From the IMG/VR virus record IMGVR_UViG_3300019765_000007, positions 1-42,465 of that record: a DNA stretch of 42,465 bases. The stretch is one strand, 5' to 3'. The notes beneath the pieces were generated by a model. That model was not told where the DNA came from, made no database searches, and was given only the letters and a program-made list of their open reading frames with translations. Source of the DNA: a virus (lineage: Duplodnaviria > Caudoviricetes). A program made the translations under genes and the position numbers. Below are positions 10,411 through 19,274 of the stretch, piece by piece (the stretch's first letter is position 1; every line of letters begins with the position of its first letter).

Positions 10411-10979
10411 TACTCACCTTTTCCAACTTTATACGTCAAACTTGCGATAGCATAGCCTGAATCATCCAAAGGATTTTTATTCCCAAAACTTTGGTCACCA
10501 AGTTCCCCCCTTCCTGTTTTTCCCTCAGCAACCGCTTGCCTCACAGTGTTGACAAATCCTTTCCCTATTTTTGCCTGCGGGTTGTCGCGCCTGTATTTTC
10601 TTAATGCAATCGTTACAGGACTTAATGGTGGTGCCTTTAAATTAGCTATCGATTTTCTTAACTGCCCTGATATACGTAAACCCATTTTTTCCATGGCGGT
10701 TTCCGCTGTATCAGCGCCGTTTAGAATCGATTTTGACAACTGTTTTATTAGTGTTTTCCACTCGCTAATGTTATCTGTAATACCATTTCTTAACGCTGGC
10801 CTTGGCGGTATGCCAAGCTTAGTCGATCCAAATTCTTGTACAGCCATGACCCCAGCAACAGGTGTATTGTCATCGTATCGCGCAGACTCAAACCAACCAA
10901 CGGCTAAATAGAGCTTATTAAGCTCTTCCATCCGTTTTTTAATTTCTTGTCTGTTTGATACCTTCTTGACAATTTTTAT
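10410..10979 (-). CDS. Neck/tail completion protein (first ATG at 10931; frame open to ATA at 10979)
   Basis: VGWFESARYDD.TPVA.V..VQEFG....IPPRP and NPL.DSG motifs; start uncertain. Confidence 0.75.
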   Translation of the reverse strand: MKIVKKVSNRQEIKKRMEELNKLYLAVGWFESARYDDNTPVAGVMAVQEFGSTKLGIPPRPALRNGITDNISEWKTLIKQLSKSILNGADTAETAMEKMGLRISGQLRKSIANLKAPPLSPVTIALRKYRRDNPQAKIGKGFVNTVRQAVAEGKTGRGELGDQSFGNKNPLDDSGYAIASLTYKVGKGE

Positions 10980-11425
10980 ACGTTACCACCTGGGCCAAAT
11001 ACGCCAAATGCTTTTCTAAATCCTGATCTTTCAGGGCTTCCGCCAACATAAAGACCACCGGCAACACTAGCAGACAAAAGCGCCTGAAGCTGCAAACCAT
11101 ATGGGGTCAGGCTTAACCAATATGACCACTGGCTTGATCCGAAAGGTGGCGGCGTTAGGCTTACACTAACATTTTTTATCGATGCGCCAGTTACCAAGCC
11201 AACAGTATTACCGCTGGCGGCATTCTGACTAATAAAACACAAATGAGCTGTCATTAGATTTAATCCATATAATAGACAGTCATTTGACAAGCATGGATTA
11301 TCTTCATTAGCGATAAAACACGTTGCCGTGTCGAAATACGCTTGCAATGTCGCATCAGGGAACAATGTTTCATCGGCAAACGCCGGGAACGTTTGTCTAA
11401 ATAATGCAACATCAAAAATAACCAT
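10976..11425 (-). CDS. Head-tail adaptor (DUF4054-like)
   Basis: FD...FR..FPAF, L.LMTAHL and W...TPYG.Q motifs. Confidence 0.88.
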   Translation of the reverse strand: MVIFDVALFRQTFPAFADETLFPDATLQAYFDTATCFIANEDNPCLSNDCLLYGLNLMTAHLCFISQNAASGNTVGLVTGASIKNVSVSLTPPPFGSSQWSYWLSLTPYGLQLQALLSASVAGGLYVGGSPERSGFRKAFGVFGPGGNV

Positions 11426-11796
11426 TACGCTACTTTCTCCTTGGCAGGCATGGCTCCTTCAGTTAATGGGGCGCTTTTGTCTTTTTCCGTCATATCCTTT
11501 GCCACTTTTTCAACTTCGTGGCGCGGGTCTTTGTCCAAAACAGTGATAAAGCCACGATCCTTGTGCTTTTGAAAACTGGTGCAAGCTTCGAGCGTTTTTA
11601 ACTGATCGGCTGTTACTTCAGTTACCACACCTTTTGGGGTCACCAGTGCTTTATTAGCAATATTGGCGCCGCCATTAATTTTAACTTGGCCAACAACCAC
11701 ACGCGGGCCTTGATCGCGAACGCCTGGCTTGTTTTGAGTTTTGCGGTAAATCGTATAATTCTGTGCGTTTGATAATGTGCTAAGTACAAATGGCAT
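11425..11796 (-). CDS. Conserved head-region protein following the capsid gene
   Basis: I.GGANIA....TP.GVVT.V and F..H..RGFI; synteny. Confidence 0.65.
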   Translation of the reverse strand: MPFVLSTLSNAQNYTIYRKTQNKPGVRDQGPRVVVGQVKINGGANIANKALVTPKGVVTEVTADQLKTLEACTSFQKHKDRGFITVLDKDPRHEVEKVAKDMTEKDKSAPLTEGAMPAKEKVA

Positions 11797-11805
11797 GATT
11801 GACCC

Positions 11806-12960
11806 CTAGATACCAGTGAAACGAACAACAGCATAAGGACGTTTTAAGAATGCTCCGGCAGTAGCATTACTGTGTGCTTCTTCGTAGCTCTTAGTTTTCT
11901 GATCAACGCCTAATACTGTGAATTTAGTTGGCACTGCTTGAACCCAAGTACGCTGATCATCAGATCCAGATTCCTCGACGCTTTCAGCATACAGGTAAAA
12001 GACGTTTTCACCGCCATTTGCTCCATCAAGCTCTGGCGCGCTAATAACCGTCCAATTCGGATAATTTTTTTTCAGCCACTCATAAACTGAAACGCCAAAA
12101 TCTGTTGTTTGCTGAAGAAAATCAATAGCCGCTGTTGGAAGACCCAAAATGATTGGTGCTCGCTGAGAATCAACAATTTCTCGCGTGCTCGTGCGCAATA
12201 GACTGGCGGCTGTAAGCAAATCATTAACGATTTCTAAAAATGTTTTGCTTGACCATTCTGTACCGCCACCGCCACCCGTCGCTACGGTAACATAGCCGGA
12301 TAATGCAGGCTCGTTTAGAAATCCATAGGTACGATTTAAGCCGTTGTTGTAACCAAAAAATCCAACGGAATTACGCTGAATTTCTAACTCACGGGAAGAT
12401 GAAGAACGTTTTGCATCAGCCGTATTAACGCGTATGCGTGCCGCTCTTGCCTCTTCTAATTTACCAACACTTAAGCCGCTCTCAAAGCGAACAATTGTTC
12501 TACGCTCAAAATTCACATTATAAGCGGATTGCTGAGTGTTGCCGTAATCAGTGTAAGTCGAAACTTCGCCTGTTCGTTCTAAGATAGGCTGCACCACTTC
12601 TTCATCAGCCCAATCGCCTTGGGTGACAATACCTAAAAATTCGTCAATGCGACGAACAGCGGTAACGTCTTCGACAAACCCAGTTAGCCATGATTGCAAA
12701 TACTGTACGGGTGTCGTACTAGAAGGCGTGGTGATGGTTGGCGTTAGTGCCGCGTCTTGACCAATTTGCTCAGCAAGATAATTGCGGAAAGCCATCATTT
12801 TATTAATTGATTGGCCATCTAAGGCAATACCATATTTCCCCAAAAGATTGGGATTTTTGCTAACAGCATCGAGCGCGTTTTGTGCAAGCCGCACTTTACG
12901 CACCTGAGAGGGCAAAATACTTGATTTTTCTAAATGCGTCATTGGTAAGCTAAAAGACAT
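11806..12960 (-). CDS. Major capsid protein (DUF2184-like)
   Basis: 384 aa; PVQ.LQ.W, G.W.DE, N.VGF.G, YGFLN.P and GA.LKRP.AV.R..GI motifs. Confidence 0.93.
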   Translation of the reverse strand: MSFSLPMTHLEKSSILPSQVRKVRLAQNALDAVSKNPNLLGKYGIALDGQSINKMMAFRNYLAEQIGQDAALTPTITTPSSTTPVQYLQSWLTGFVEDVTAVRRIDEFLGIVTQGDWADEEVVQPILERTGEVSTYTDYGNTQQSAYNVNFERRTIVRFESGLSVGKLEEARAARIRVNTADAKRSSSSRELEIQRNSVGFFGYNNGLNRTYGFLNEPALSGYVTVATGGGGGTEWSSKTFLEIVNDLLTAASLLRTSTREIVDSQRAPIILGLPTAAIDFLQQTTDFGVSVYEWLKKNYPNWTVISAPELDGANGGENVFYLYAESVEESGSDDQRTWVQAVPTKFTVLGVDQKTKSYEEAHSNATAGAFLKRPYAVVRFTGI

Positions 12961-12970
12961 GTTTGACCCC

Positions 12971-13465
12971 TTATGTTAGCTCAACGATTGCCAAACCTGG
13001 CGCTGGAATATTTCGGCGTACAATTTTAGCATTAGGGATTAATGTATGCCCTGCTAATGTAGTTGATGGATCTGCGGCGATACTGCCATCAGTATCACTA
13101 TAAAAAACATTTTCACCAATGGCCGCGTCAGTTGTTAGCAAAACAATAATTCCTGATGTCAGCGTTACCAGCTCTACGTTGGTTTCATTGGGTAACACGA
13201 TTGTAGGTGCAAGCGTGCCACCTGCTGCCGTACCTTGTAACGCGTAGGTGCGGGAATTTGCGAGAATACCGGCAAACGCCCCTGGCGTGTCTGCTGTTAC
13301 GGCTAGATCATCACCGGCAACGTGACTAAAAGCACGACCAATGACATTATTGGCAGGGTCAGAGCTGCGCAAAATGCCAGGCTGACCCCGGCGAGGGCCA
13401 TCAATAAAAATGTCACCAATGACACCCGTGGCACTAGTGAACTCTACAGTTGATTGAAATGGCAT
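12971..13465 (-). CDS. Capsid cement/decoration protein
   Basis: MPFQSTV...G..GD...DGP.R and FAGIL.N motifs; between scaffold and capsid genes. Confidence 0.8.
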   Translation of the reverse strand: MPFQSTVEFTSATGVIGDIFIDGPRRGQPGILRSSDPANNVIGRAFSHVAGDDLAVTADTPGAFAGILANSRTYALQGTAAGGTLAPTIVLPNETNVELVTLTSGIIVLLTTDAAIGENVFYSDTDGSIAADPSTTLAGHTLIPNAKIVRRNIPAPGLAIVELT

Positions 13466-13470
13466 AGTTT

Positions 13471-14682
13471 TTACTCCTGTCCGGTGAATGCTTTATCTAA
13501 TTCGTCAACACCTGACTGATGATCAAGACCTTGACTTTGGCTGTATGATACTGGCCGCGATGTTGGCATGACATGCAGAGCCGCTTTTATCGCCGATAAC
13601 TCAGAACCCGCATCACATGGGATTTCTAGCTTGTCGGTGCCATACTTGGCAACCTCGGCTAGGGTCATGCTTGAATGATCGAAAGTACCCACGTGTTGAC
13701 TAATTTTATTTGCTAAGCTGTCACGCTGGCTAATTTCATTCATCACGCTTTTAGCGTCCATTCCCGCTTTTAGCTTTGTGATTTCGTCTTCTAAGCTTTT
13801 GATTTTTTGGGTCATTTTAGCGTCCATGGCTTTTTCTTCTGGTTCTTTATCCATAGAATATTCGTCCATGTTTTCTTCAGATTCGCTATTGCCGGCACCC
13901 ATATTTGATACCATTTCCATCATTTTCTGCATCATAGGAACAACTTGCTCCATAACTTTCATCATTTCTGCCATGGTCATGCTTTCCATATCCATGGACT
14001 TTTCTTCCATGTCTTGACCTTTTTCCATGTCTTGACCTTTTTCCATGTCCTTTGAATCTTCTTCTTTCATCTCCATGTCTTGACCTTTTGACTGAACAGC
14101 TTTATCTTTAACAGCCATTACCACACCCTCTTTATTGATCTTTATAGTTAATGCATCCATAGCAATAGCGTTATCGCCTACTGTTATTTCCATACGACTT
14201 TCAGGCACGCTTGCAAGATGATTACCACGTAAACGCCTTTGCACCACATTATAACGCTGTCCGTTAAAAGTTCCAGTCTCAAATTCATACACGCACGCAT
14301 AACCTAGCGACAATTCATCAATGTCAGAATAATCTATGGCATTACCTAAAGAATCTGAAAATATTTTGATGTTGCCTTTTAGTTGGTCGGTATCCGCATC
14401 ATAATAAAATTGCTCTCCAGTGGTGCCATGGATGCCTTTTTGCTCTGGCGCAACACCATGCTTTTTACCAATCATCGTATGCTCGATAACCCATGGCTTG
14501 AGCTTAAATGACTCAATCGTTTCTGGATCGCTTAATTCGCTTGGCGGCCTTAAAACATAATAGACTTCATCAGGGTTAGGCGCCCCTATCTCTGAGCCTA
14601 AATATTCATAAACACCGGCCTTGCTTAACACTTGGTCCCTGAATTCAACGAAACCATCATTATCAACATAGGGGACAGCCAT
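13471..14682 (-). CDS. Prohead protease/scaffold (DUF2213-like)
   Basis: SK.GVY.Y.G.EI, LRP..EL, ELS.GY.C and NHLA.V motifs; acidic Met-rich scaffold tail. Confidence 0.9.
   Translation of the reverse strand: MAVPYVDNDGFVEFRDQVLSKAGVYEYLGSEIGAPNPDEVYYVLRPPSELSDPETIESFKLKPWVIEHTMIGKKHGVAPEQKGIHGTTGEQFYYDADTDQLKGNIKIFSDSLGNAIDYSDIDELSLGYACVYEFETGTFNGQRYNVVQRRLRGNHLASVPESRMEITVGDNAIAMDALTIKINKEGVVMAVKDKAVQSKGQDMEMKEEDSKDMEKGQDMEKGQDMEEKSMDMESMTMAEMMKVMEQVVPMMQKMMEMVSNMGAGNSESEENMDEYSMDKEPEEKAMDAKMTQKIKSLEDEITKLKAGMDAKSVMNEISQRDSLANKISQHVGTFDHSSMTLAEVAKYGTDKLEIPCDAGSELSAIKAALHVMPTSRPVSYSQSQGLDHQSGVDELDKAFTGQE
14005..14049. repeat. 18-bp tandem repeat x2.5 (KGQDME)
   Basis: TTCCATGTCTTGACCTTT at 14005 and 14023, partial at 14041; related copy near 14072. 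Confidence 0.9.
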
Positions 14683-15552
14683 TTAATTTTCTCCAAATTC
14701 CAAAACAGGTAACATAGTGCAACGGCAATTTATAGCATCACCAGGCAAGCCGCGCTCGCCGGTATTTTTATCAATAATTGGCGGATCATCTAGGCTAAAA
14801 ATCTTACCGTTTAGCTCATCCCTGTGATATTTTCTTGGAGTTTGACCGCCACCAGTATGTACCCATTCAAAACGCTTTACACCAGCCTTTTCCATCCGTG
14901 CCGCGTTGAAATGATTGTATGCCTTTCTTGTTTGATCAAGTGCCAAGTTTTTGGCCTTGTTTAATATCTGCTTATTCCTTTTATCCAAATTATTATCGAG
15001 CTTTTTAATAATTCCAGATAATCCACCCTCATCCCTGCTTGTAATTGATCGGTATACCATGCCTTTGACTTGATTAAAATATTGGCTTGGTATGCTTTTT
15101 ATCAACTCTACATTTTCAGAGACAATGGCTTTTAATTCTTCTTCTAAATCACCTGTTATAAAATCAGTCTTAATGCTTAGTCCGCCTGATAACTTTTCTA
15201 AACTGCTGTGTAATGATGACTTACTGTCTTTATCGACTTGATTTACCATTTGATTGGCAAATGGCTTACTTATTTGTGAAAATAATGAATCATATTTTTC
15301 TTCAAGTTGATTCATCAATATTCTAGATTGGCTTGATATACTCGCATCTTGTGCAAAGTATTTTCGAGCATCATCACTGACAAATAATTTTTTTACCTGA
15401 CGATTAACATCATCAACCATCATCCTTGTTATTCTATCCAGTTTTTTAGCGTAACGGTTTTGTATAGATACACCTATTTTTAGCGCGCTACCTTTGAATT
15501 TTCCTTTTCTGTTTTTTGCCCATTGTTGACGTTTGTTAGTTAACAATCTCAT
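14683..15552 (-). CDS. Minor head protein (Mu gpF / SPP1 gp7-like)
   Basis: ENV.LIKSIP, A.DQT.K, W.H.GG...PR..H and PG..INCRC motifs; start moved to MRLLTNK. Confidence 0.9.
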   Translation of the reverse strand: MRLLTNKRQQWAKNRKGKFKGSALKIGVSIQNRYAKKLDRITRMMVDDVNRQVKKLFVSDDARKYFAQDASISSQSRILMNQLEEKYDSLFSQISKPFANQMVNQVDKDSKSSLHSSLEKLSGGLSIKTDFITGDLEEELKAIVSENVELIKSIPSQYFNQVKGMVYRSITSRDEGGLSGIIKKLDNNLDKRNKQILNKAKNLALDQTRKAYNHFNAARMEKAGVKRFEWVHTGGGQTPRKYHRDELNGKIFSLDDPPIIDKNTGERGLPGDAINCRCTMLPVLEFGEN

Positions 15553-17071
15553 TCTTAACTTCTTCCACATCGACATTTAAAGGGTCAAGGTCTGGCTCTA
15601 TGCCTTCTGGCCTTTCGACTTCTTCTATATGACTATAACCAGACCCTTGGTCATTCCTTAATTTTGATCGAACGTCATAGGCGTCAACCGCTCCAAGATT
15701 GCCATAATTAACAGCCGTGGCACTTTCTTTTTGATTGATGTCTGCCTGCTCAGATGGCGATAATTCATAAAGCGGGCACCACTCATGATAAATTTCTATA
15801 TTTCCTATAGCTGTCTTAATGAATGATCTTTCTACGCACAAATGATGCCTATCAAGCACTGATGATAATTCATTTCCTCTAATTGAGCTTAATTTTTGAT
15901 TGTATGTTTTTATTTCGTGCTCGCCGGTTGATTGAAAACCTTTTGGGCTTGTTTGTATTAGCCTTGTCGCTGGCATTTCTGCTATCGCTGCAACTAGCTG
16001 GTATTGCGTCATAATTACGCTATCAAGGTCAGTTAGGTTAGTATCCAATTGTGTTAAATTTTCTTCTTTTCCTATCGCGTAAATACCATAATTATTTCTG
16101 AAGTTAATGATCTGTTTTAAGTTCTTCATAAATTGGCTAGGATTTGTCACTGCTTTTTCTAAATCCATTTGCAACGCATTTAAGCGCTTTGTCATTGTCA
16201 GCTCTGGTCCTTCGTTTGCCGTTCTTTCGGCGGAATAAACACGTTCATAAATTCGCTGTGTCAGTGGCACGCCTGCGTATTGATAGGCCGGTTTTAATAT
16301 GTCGGGTAATTCGGGGCCACGTAATATAACAAAATGGCTTTTATGTATTCGCTTTCCGCTAACTATCCAAAATTCTGGATCATAAAAATTTTTACTTTCT
16401 GGACGCTCTACTGTGTCCCCTGTTAATTCAGGCACTACCCAATAGGGGTCAATCTGTGACATTCCCTTGTAACTACCTGGCGTTATGCCGTCAGGATTAA
16501 ACGGTTTTTCATAATATTCAGGATCGCTAGAATCGACTAAGAATAATATGTGCCTAATGCCGAAAATATTCTTCATGGCATCAGCTTCAATCAGATTTTT
16601 TTTGACGTGATATCGTCTATCAATCCTTTCTATTTTTTTAATCAGACTTGGTTTAACTTCATCATCTGAATCAATGATAATGTCATAACCTGTTCTAACC
16701 GCGTCCTCACCTTTTGTATAACACGCTTTTAAAACAAGCCAATGCTGAGATATTAACGCGCACGCTTGAAAACCGATGAATGTTTGGCTGATGTACCAAG
16801 ACAATAAATTATCATTGATTCGAGTATCGCCGAGTGTAAAAGCCTGCTTTGTTGAATCTATTGATACAGAGTCCATTGCAGAGTTGACAAACTTTTTTGG
16901 CTGATCGGCTAACCAACTATTAGCAATTTGCAGAATATTTTCTGAAAAAGAATTATCATCTTTATCTCTGTTTTTATAAAACTCTAAAATTTTAGATAGA
17001 TTATCTTTTTCTTTTTTATCTTCTATTTTTTCCTTTTTTTTAGGAAAGAATTTTTTGATAAAATTAAGCAT
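15536..17071 (-). CDS. Portal protein (DUF1073-like)
   Basis: FIG.QACA..SQHWL, FNPDGI..GSYKG..QIDPYW and T.L....PKGF.STGE motifs. Confidence 0.92.
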   Translation of the reverse strand: MLNFIKKFFPKKKEKIEDKKEKDNLSKILEFYKNRDKDDNSFSENILQIANSWLADQPKKFVNSAMDSVSIDSTKQAFTLGDTRINDNLLSWYISQTFIGFQACALISQHWLVLKACYTKGEDAVRTGYDIIIDSDDEVKPSLIKKIERIDRRYHVKKNLIEADAMKNIFGIRHILFLVDSSDPEYYEKPFNPDGITPGSYKGMSQIDPYWVVPELTGDTVERPESKNFYDPEFWIVSGKRIHKSHFVILRGPELPDILKPAYQYAGVPLTQRIYERVYSAERTANEGPELTMTKRLNALQMDLEKAVTNPSQFMKNLKQIINFRNNYGIYAIGKEENLTQLDTNLTDLDSVIMTQYQLVAAIAEMPATRLIQTSPKGFQSTGEHEIKTYNQKLSSIRGNELSSVLDRHHLCVERSFIKTAIGNIEIYHEWCPLYELSPSEQADINQKESATAVNYGNLGAVDAYDVRSKLRNDQGSGYSHIEEVERPEGIEPDLDPLNVDVEEVKNEIVN

Positions 17072-18452
17072 CCCAATCAACATCGAAAAAGCCTACATTG
17101 TTCTCATGCGGTGAATTAGCCATGATATAAGCATCAGCATAGTTTGTTGATTCTATATCGCGCTTCTTTAAATCTTTTTTTGATTCTACTTTCATTTTGC
17201 CATTGTTGTCTGTGTCCTTTTTGACAATAGTTAGCTCATAGATTAATTGTTGCAAATCATCTAAATCAGAGCTTATAGAAAATATTTCATCTTCTTCAAA
17301 CTTTTCATTCTTTGTTACAGCGTTATAAGTGTTTCTAAATCTATCCGCTGCCAATGTCCATGATTGGTCTTTCAAGCTATGGAAAAAGTCCTTGTTTTTT
17401 ATCTTTACGTCTTCAGTATCAATATAGTATTTATCTGGATTTGCTACACCAGCGTTAGCAATAAATTTGCTATAAGATACTTTTCCAGGTTCACCTTTTG
17501 ATCTACGCTCTTCGTTCATCTCATTGAATTTAGAGCCACATAGGGCGCCAACGCCTATTGAATCATAATCTACTTCTGCGCCGAGTGCCAATGCTTTACT
17601 ATAAACGCGCTTACAAGACTTCATTAATTCATCTTCTTTGGCTTTCCACTGATTACCGCTAACAGCATGAAAACCGTGAACGTATATTTCAGCGCACTTA
17701 TCCTTGCCACTATCAGCAACGTCAAATCCTATTCGCTTCTTGCCGCTTGGCTCTATACCTAGCTTTATGTTCGCATCAATGGCAGCCATGACCCAAGATC
17801 GTTTAATGATAACGTTATCATCGTCAAGACGTGGCACACCAAGATAGATATGCTCGTATTCTTCATAATCTGCTTCTTTTAACCTGTTGATTGTCCTCAG
17901 CATTTTATCGCTGATGAATGGATTCTCATCATAGTTAATATGTCGAACAATGACCCCATTTTCAGGGTCATGCTTGAAATTTGTTTCAACGAAATCAGTT
18001 ACTAGGTTTGGATTGTAAAGCAGCCAAATTTCTGATCCTTCTTTTCTGATCGTCGGCTCGATGACTTTCCACTGCTCCTTAGTTAGCCCGTCCCCCTCTT
18101 CAATCCATGCAATGTCGCAGCCTTCAAACCCTTTAATCTCATCAATATTCCTTTGGATTCCATAAAAGTAAAACTCTGACCCCGTCCTCTTATGCCGCAA
18201 CACGTTATTTAAAATCGTGTATTCATTTTCGCACTTGTTGCGCCTGATTGTATCAACGAGAACGGTATAGACTGATTGTGATATTTTGTTTTGGAATTGG
18301 CGCATGCACAGGAACTTTACTTTATAGTGTCGCGATAAATGTATCGCTATTCCTCCTGCATCCCATGTTTTAGAAGATGATCGACCGCCTTTTAAAACTT
18401 TGACATCGGCTTTTGTTTTCCAGAATGTTTTTAAATTAGGGTTTAACTTCAA
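17064..18452 (-). CDS. terL: Terminase large subunit (PBSX-like)
   Basis: GGRSSSKT Walker A, WIEE Walker B, PTIRK.GSEIW, G.DVAD.G.D nuclease and S.N.ADA motifs. Confidence 0.96.
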   Translation of the reverse strand: MKLNPNLKTFWKTKADVKVLKGGRSSSKTWDAGGIAIHLSRHYKVKFLCMRQFQNKISQSVYTVLVDTIRRNKCENEYTILNNVLRHKRTGSEFYFYGIQRNIDEIKGFEGCDIAWIEEGDGLTKEQWKVIEPTIRKEGSEIWLLYNPNLVTDFVETNFKHDPENGVIVRHINYDENPFISDKMLRTINRLKEADYEEYEHIYLGVPRLDDDNVIIKRSWVMAAIDANIKLGIEPSGKKRIGFDVADSGKDKCAEIYVHGFHAVSGNQWKAKEDELMKSCKRVYSKALALGAEVDYDSIGVGALCGSKFNEMNEERRSKGEPGKVSYSKFIANAGVANPDKYYIDTEDVKIKNKDFFHSLKDQSWTLAADRFRNTYNAVTKNEKFEEDEIFSISSDLDDLQQLIYELTIVKKDTDNNGKMKVESKKDLKKRDIESTNYADAYIMANSPHENNVGFFDVDWDA

Positions 18453-18455
18453 TCG

Positions 18456-18977
18456 TCACCCTTCATCATAAAAATCATTAAAGTCTGGAGCTTCAGTAAA
18501 ATCGACGGTAGACTCTGTTTTTTCAGCTAATCCTAGATCTCTTGATATCATCGTCTTATCAAGCAGCCCTACAGCCGCCGCGGTAAACTTTTGTTCATAG
18601 ATTACTAACTCTATCCATTCTACCACCCTGACGTAATCCGCGTTTTCTGGGCTTTCGTCGGGGTCAAGCTTCTTGTATTTTGAAAAGGTCTTTTCACACA
18701 TCCCAGCAAACACATAAAAACCGGCTTTTGTGAATGCCCTTGTTTTATTCGTTAACACTCTTTCCAATTTATGGTTTACGGTTTTGACTAATTCTTCTTG
18801 AAGTGGGTTGTCTTCGCAGTATTGGAAATACTCTTGAGCCTTTCTAAAAAGATCATCAGGCGTGAGCTTTTTTTTTCTGCCATTGGTTTTTCTTAATCGC
18901 CAAAGCGTATTGTTAGGTGCGAATAGACCATTTTCATCACGTTCATCTCTTACTTCATCGTCTTTTGTATCGGTCAC
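18456..18977 (-). CDS. terS: Terminase small subunit (P22 gp3-like)
   Basis: AP.N..W..R...GR, EYF..CE.NPL and IY.QKF..AA.GLL....I.RDLGL motifs. Confidence 0.9.
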   Translation of the reverse strand: MTDTKDDEVRDERDENGLFAPNNTLWRLRKTNGRKKKLTPDDLFRKAQEYFQYCEDNPLQEELVKTVNHKLERVLTNKTRAFTKAGFYVFAGMCEKTFSKYKKLDPDESPENADYVRVVEWIELVIYEQKFTAAAVGLLDKTMISRDLGLAEKTESTVDFTEAPDFNDFYDEG

Positions 18978-18989
18978 TGTTTACCATCC

Positions 18990-19017
18990 AAAAAAAAGCC
19001 GGATGGCAGTCCGGCTT
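18990..19017 (-). terminator. Intrinsic terminator immediately upstream of terS
   Basis: Minus strand AAGCCGGA-CTGCCA-TCCGGC followed by T8. Confidence 0.85.
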
Positions 19018-19084
19018 GGCGCAATTAATTATCGAAGAATATCAAAGGAAACAAAAATGAACATAGAACAGCTATTAACAATAT
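18990..19084 (-). ncRNA. Candidate ~95-nt late-leader small RNA with an anti-SD/anti-AUG segment
   Basis: Bounded by a near-consensus promoter and an intrinsic terminator; contains AUGUUCAUUUUUGUUUCCUUU; start site inferred. Confidence 0.55.
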
Positions 19085-19090
19085 GTCTTG

Positions 19091-19119
19091 AATATAACGC
19101 CAGGTTTTTAAATTGTCAA
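19091..19119 (-). promoter_or_regulatory. Sigma70-type promoter (late, pR'-like)
   Basis: TTGACA (19119-19114), 17 bp spacer, TATATT (19096-19091). Confidence 0.85.
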
Positions 19120-19274
19120 GGAATGACAACAACTAGGCCGTAGCCTGTTCCGTCTGAATTTGATGGCTGCCAGCTTGTTCCGGCTAACGTTAGTTGTGCC
19201 ACGGCTGTGGTTTTGTCTAGTGCTTCAATAGTGCCAATGCTGTTATTTGAGGTATCGAGAAATTTAAAAATCAT
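19116..19274 (-). CDS. Hypothetical protein, 52 aa (MIFKFLDT...)
   Basis: ATGA overlap with upstream stop; the longer ORF-track start overlaps the upstream gene. Confidence 0.6.
   Translation of the reverse strand: MIFKFLDTSNNSIGTIEALDKTTAVAQLTLAGTSWQPSNSDGTGYGLVVVIP

Noticed and set aside
381-18000. Plus-strand ORFs in the structural region (e.g. 3808..4410, 6018..6344, 10546..10911)
   Set aside because: Antisense shadows of well-supported minus-strand genes.
19008-19017. CsrA-mediated antitermination via the GGA in the terminator stem
   Set aside because: The context is CCGGA within a stem, not ANGGA in a loop.
19057-19143. Plus-strand 28-aa ORF MNIEQLLTICLEYNARFLNCQGMTTTRP with AAAGGA SD (type I toxin-antitoxin idea)
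   Set aside because: No plus-strand promoter or terminator was seen and the peptide is not TM-like. It is more simply the mirror image of the sRNA's anti-SD/AUG segment, although it cannot be fully excluded.
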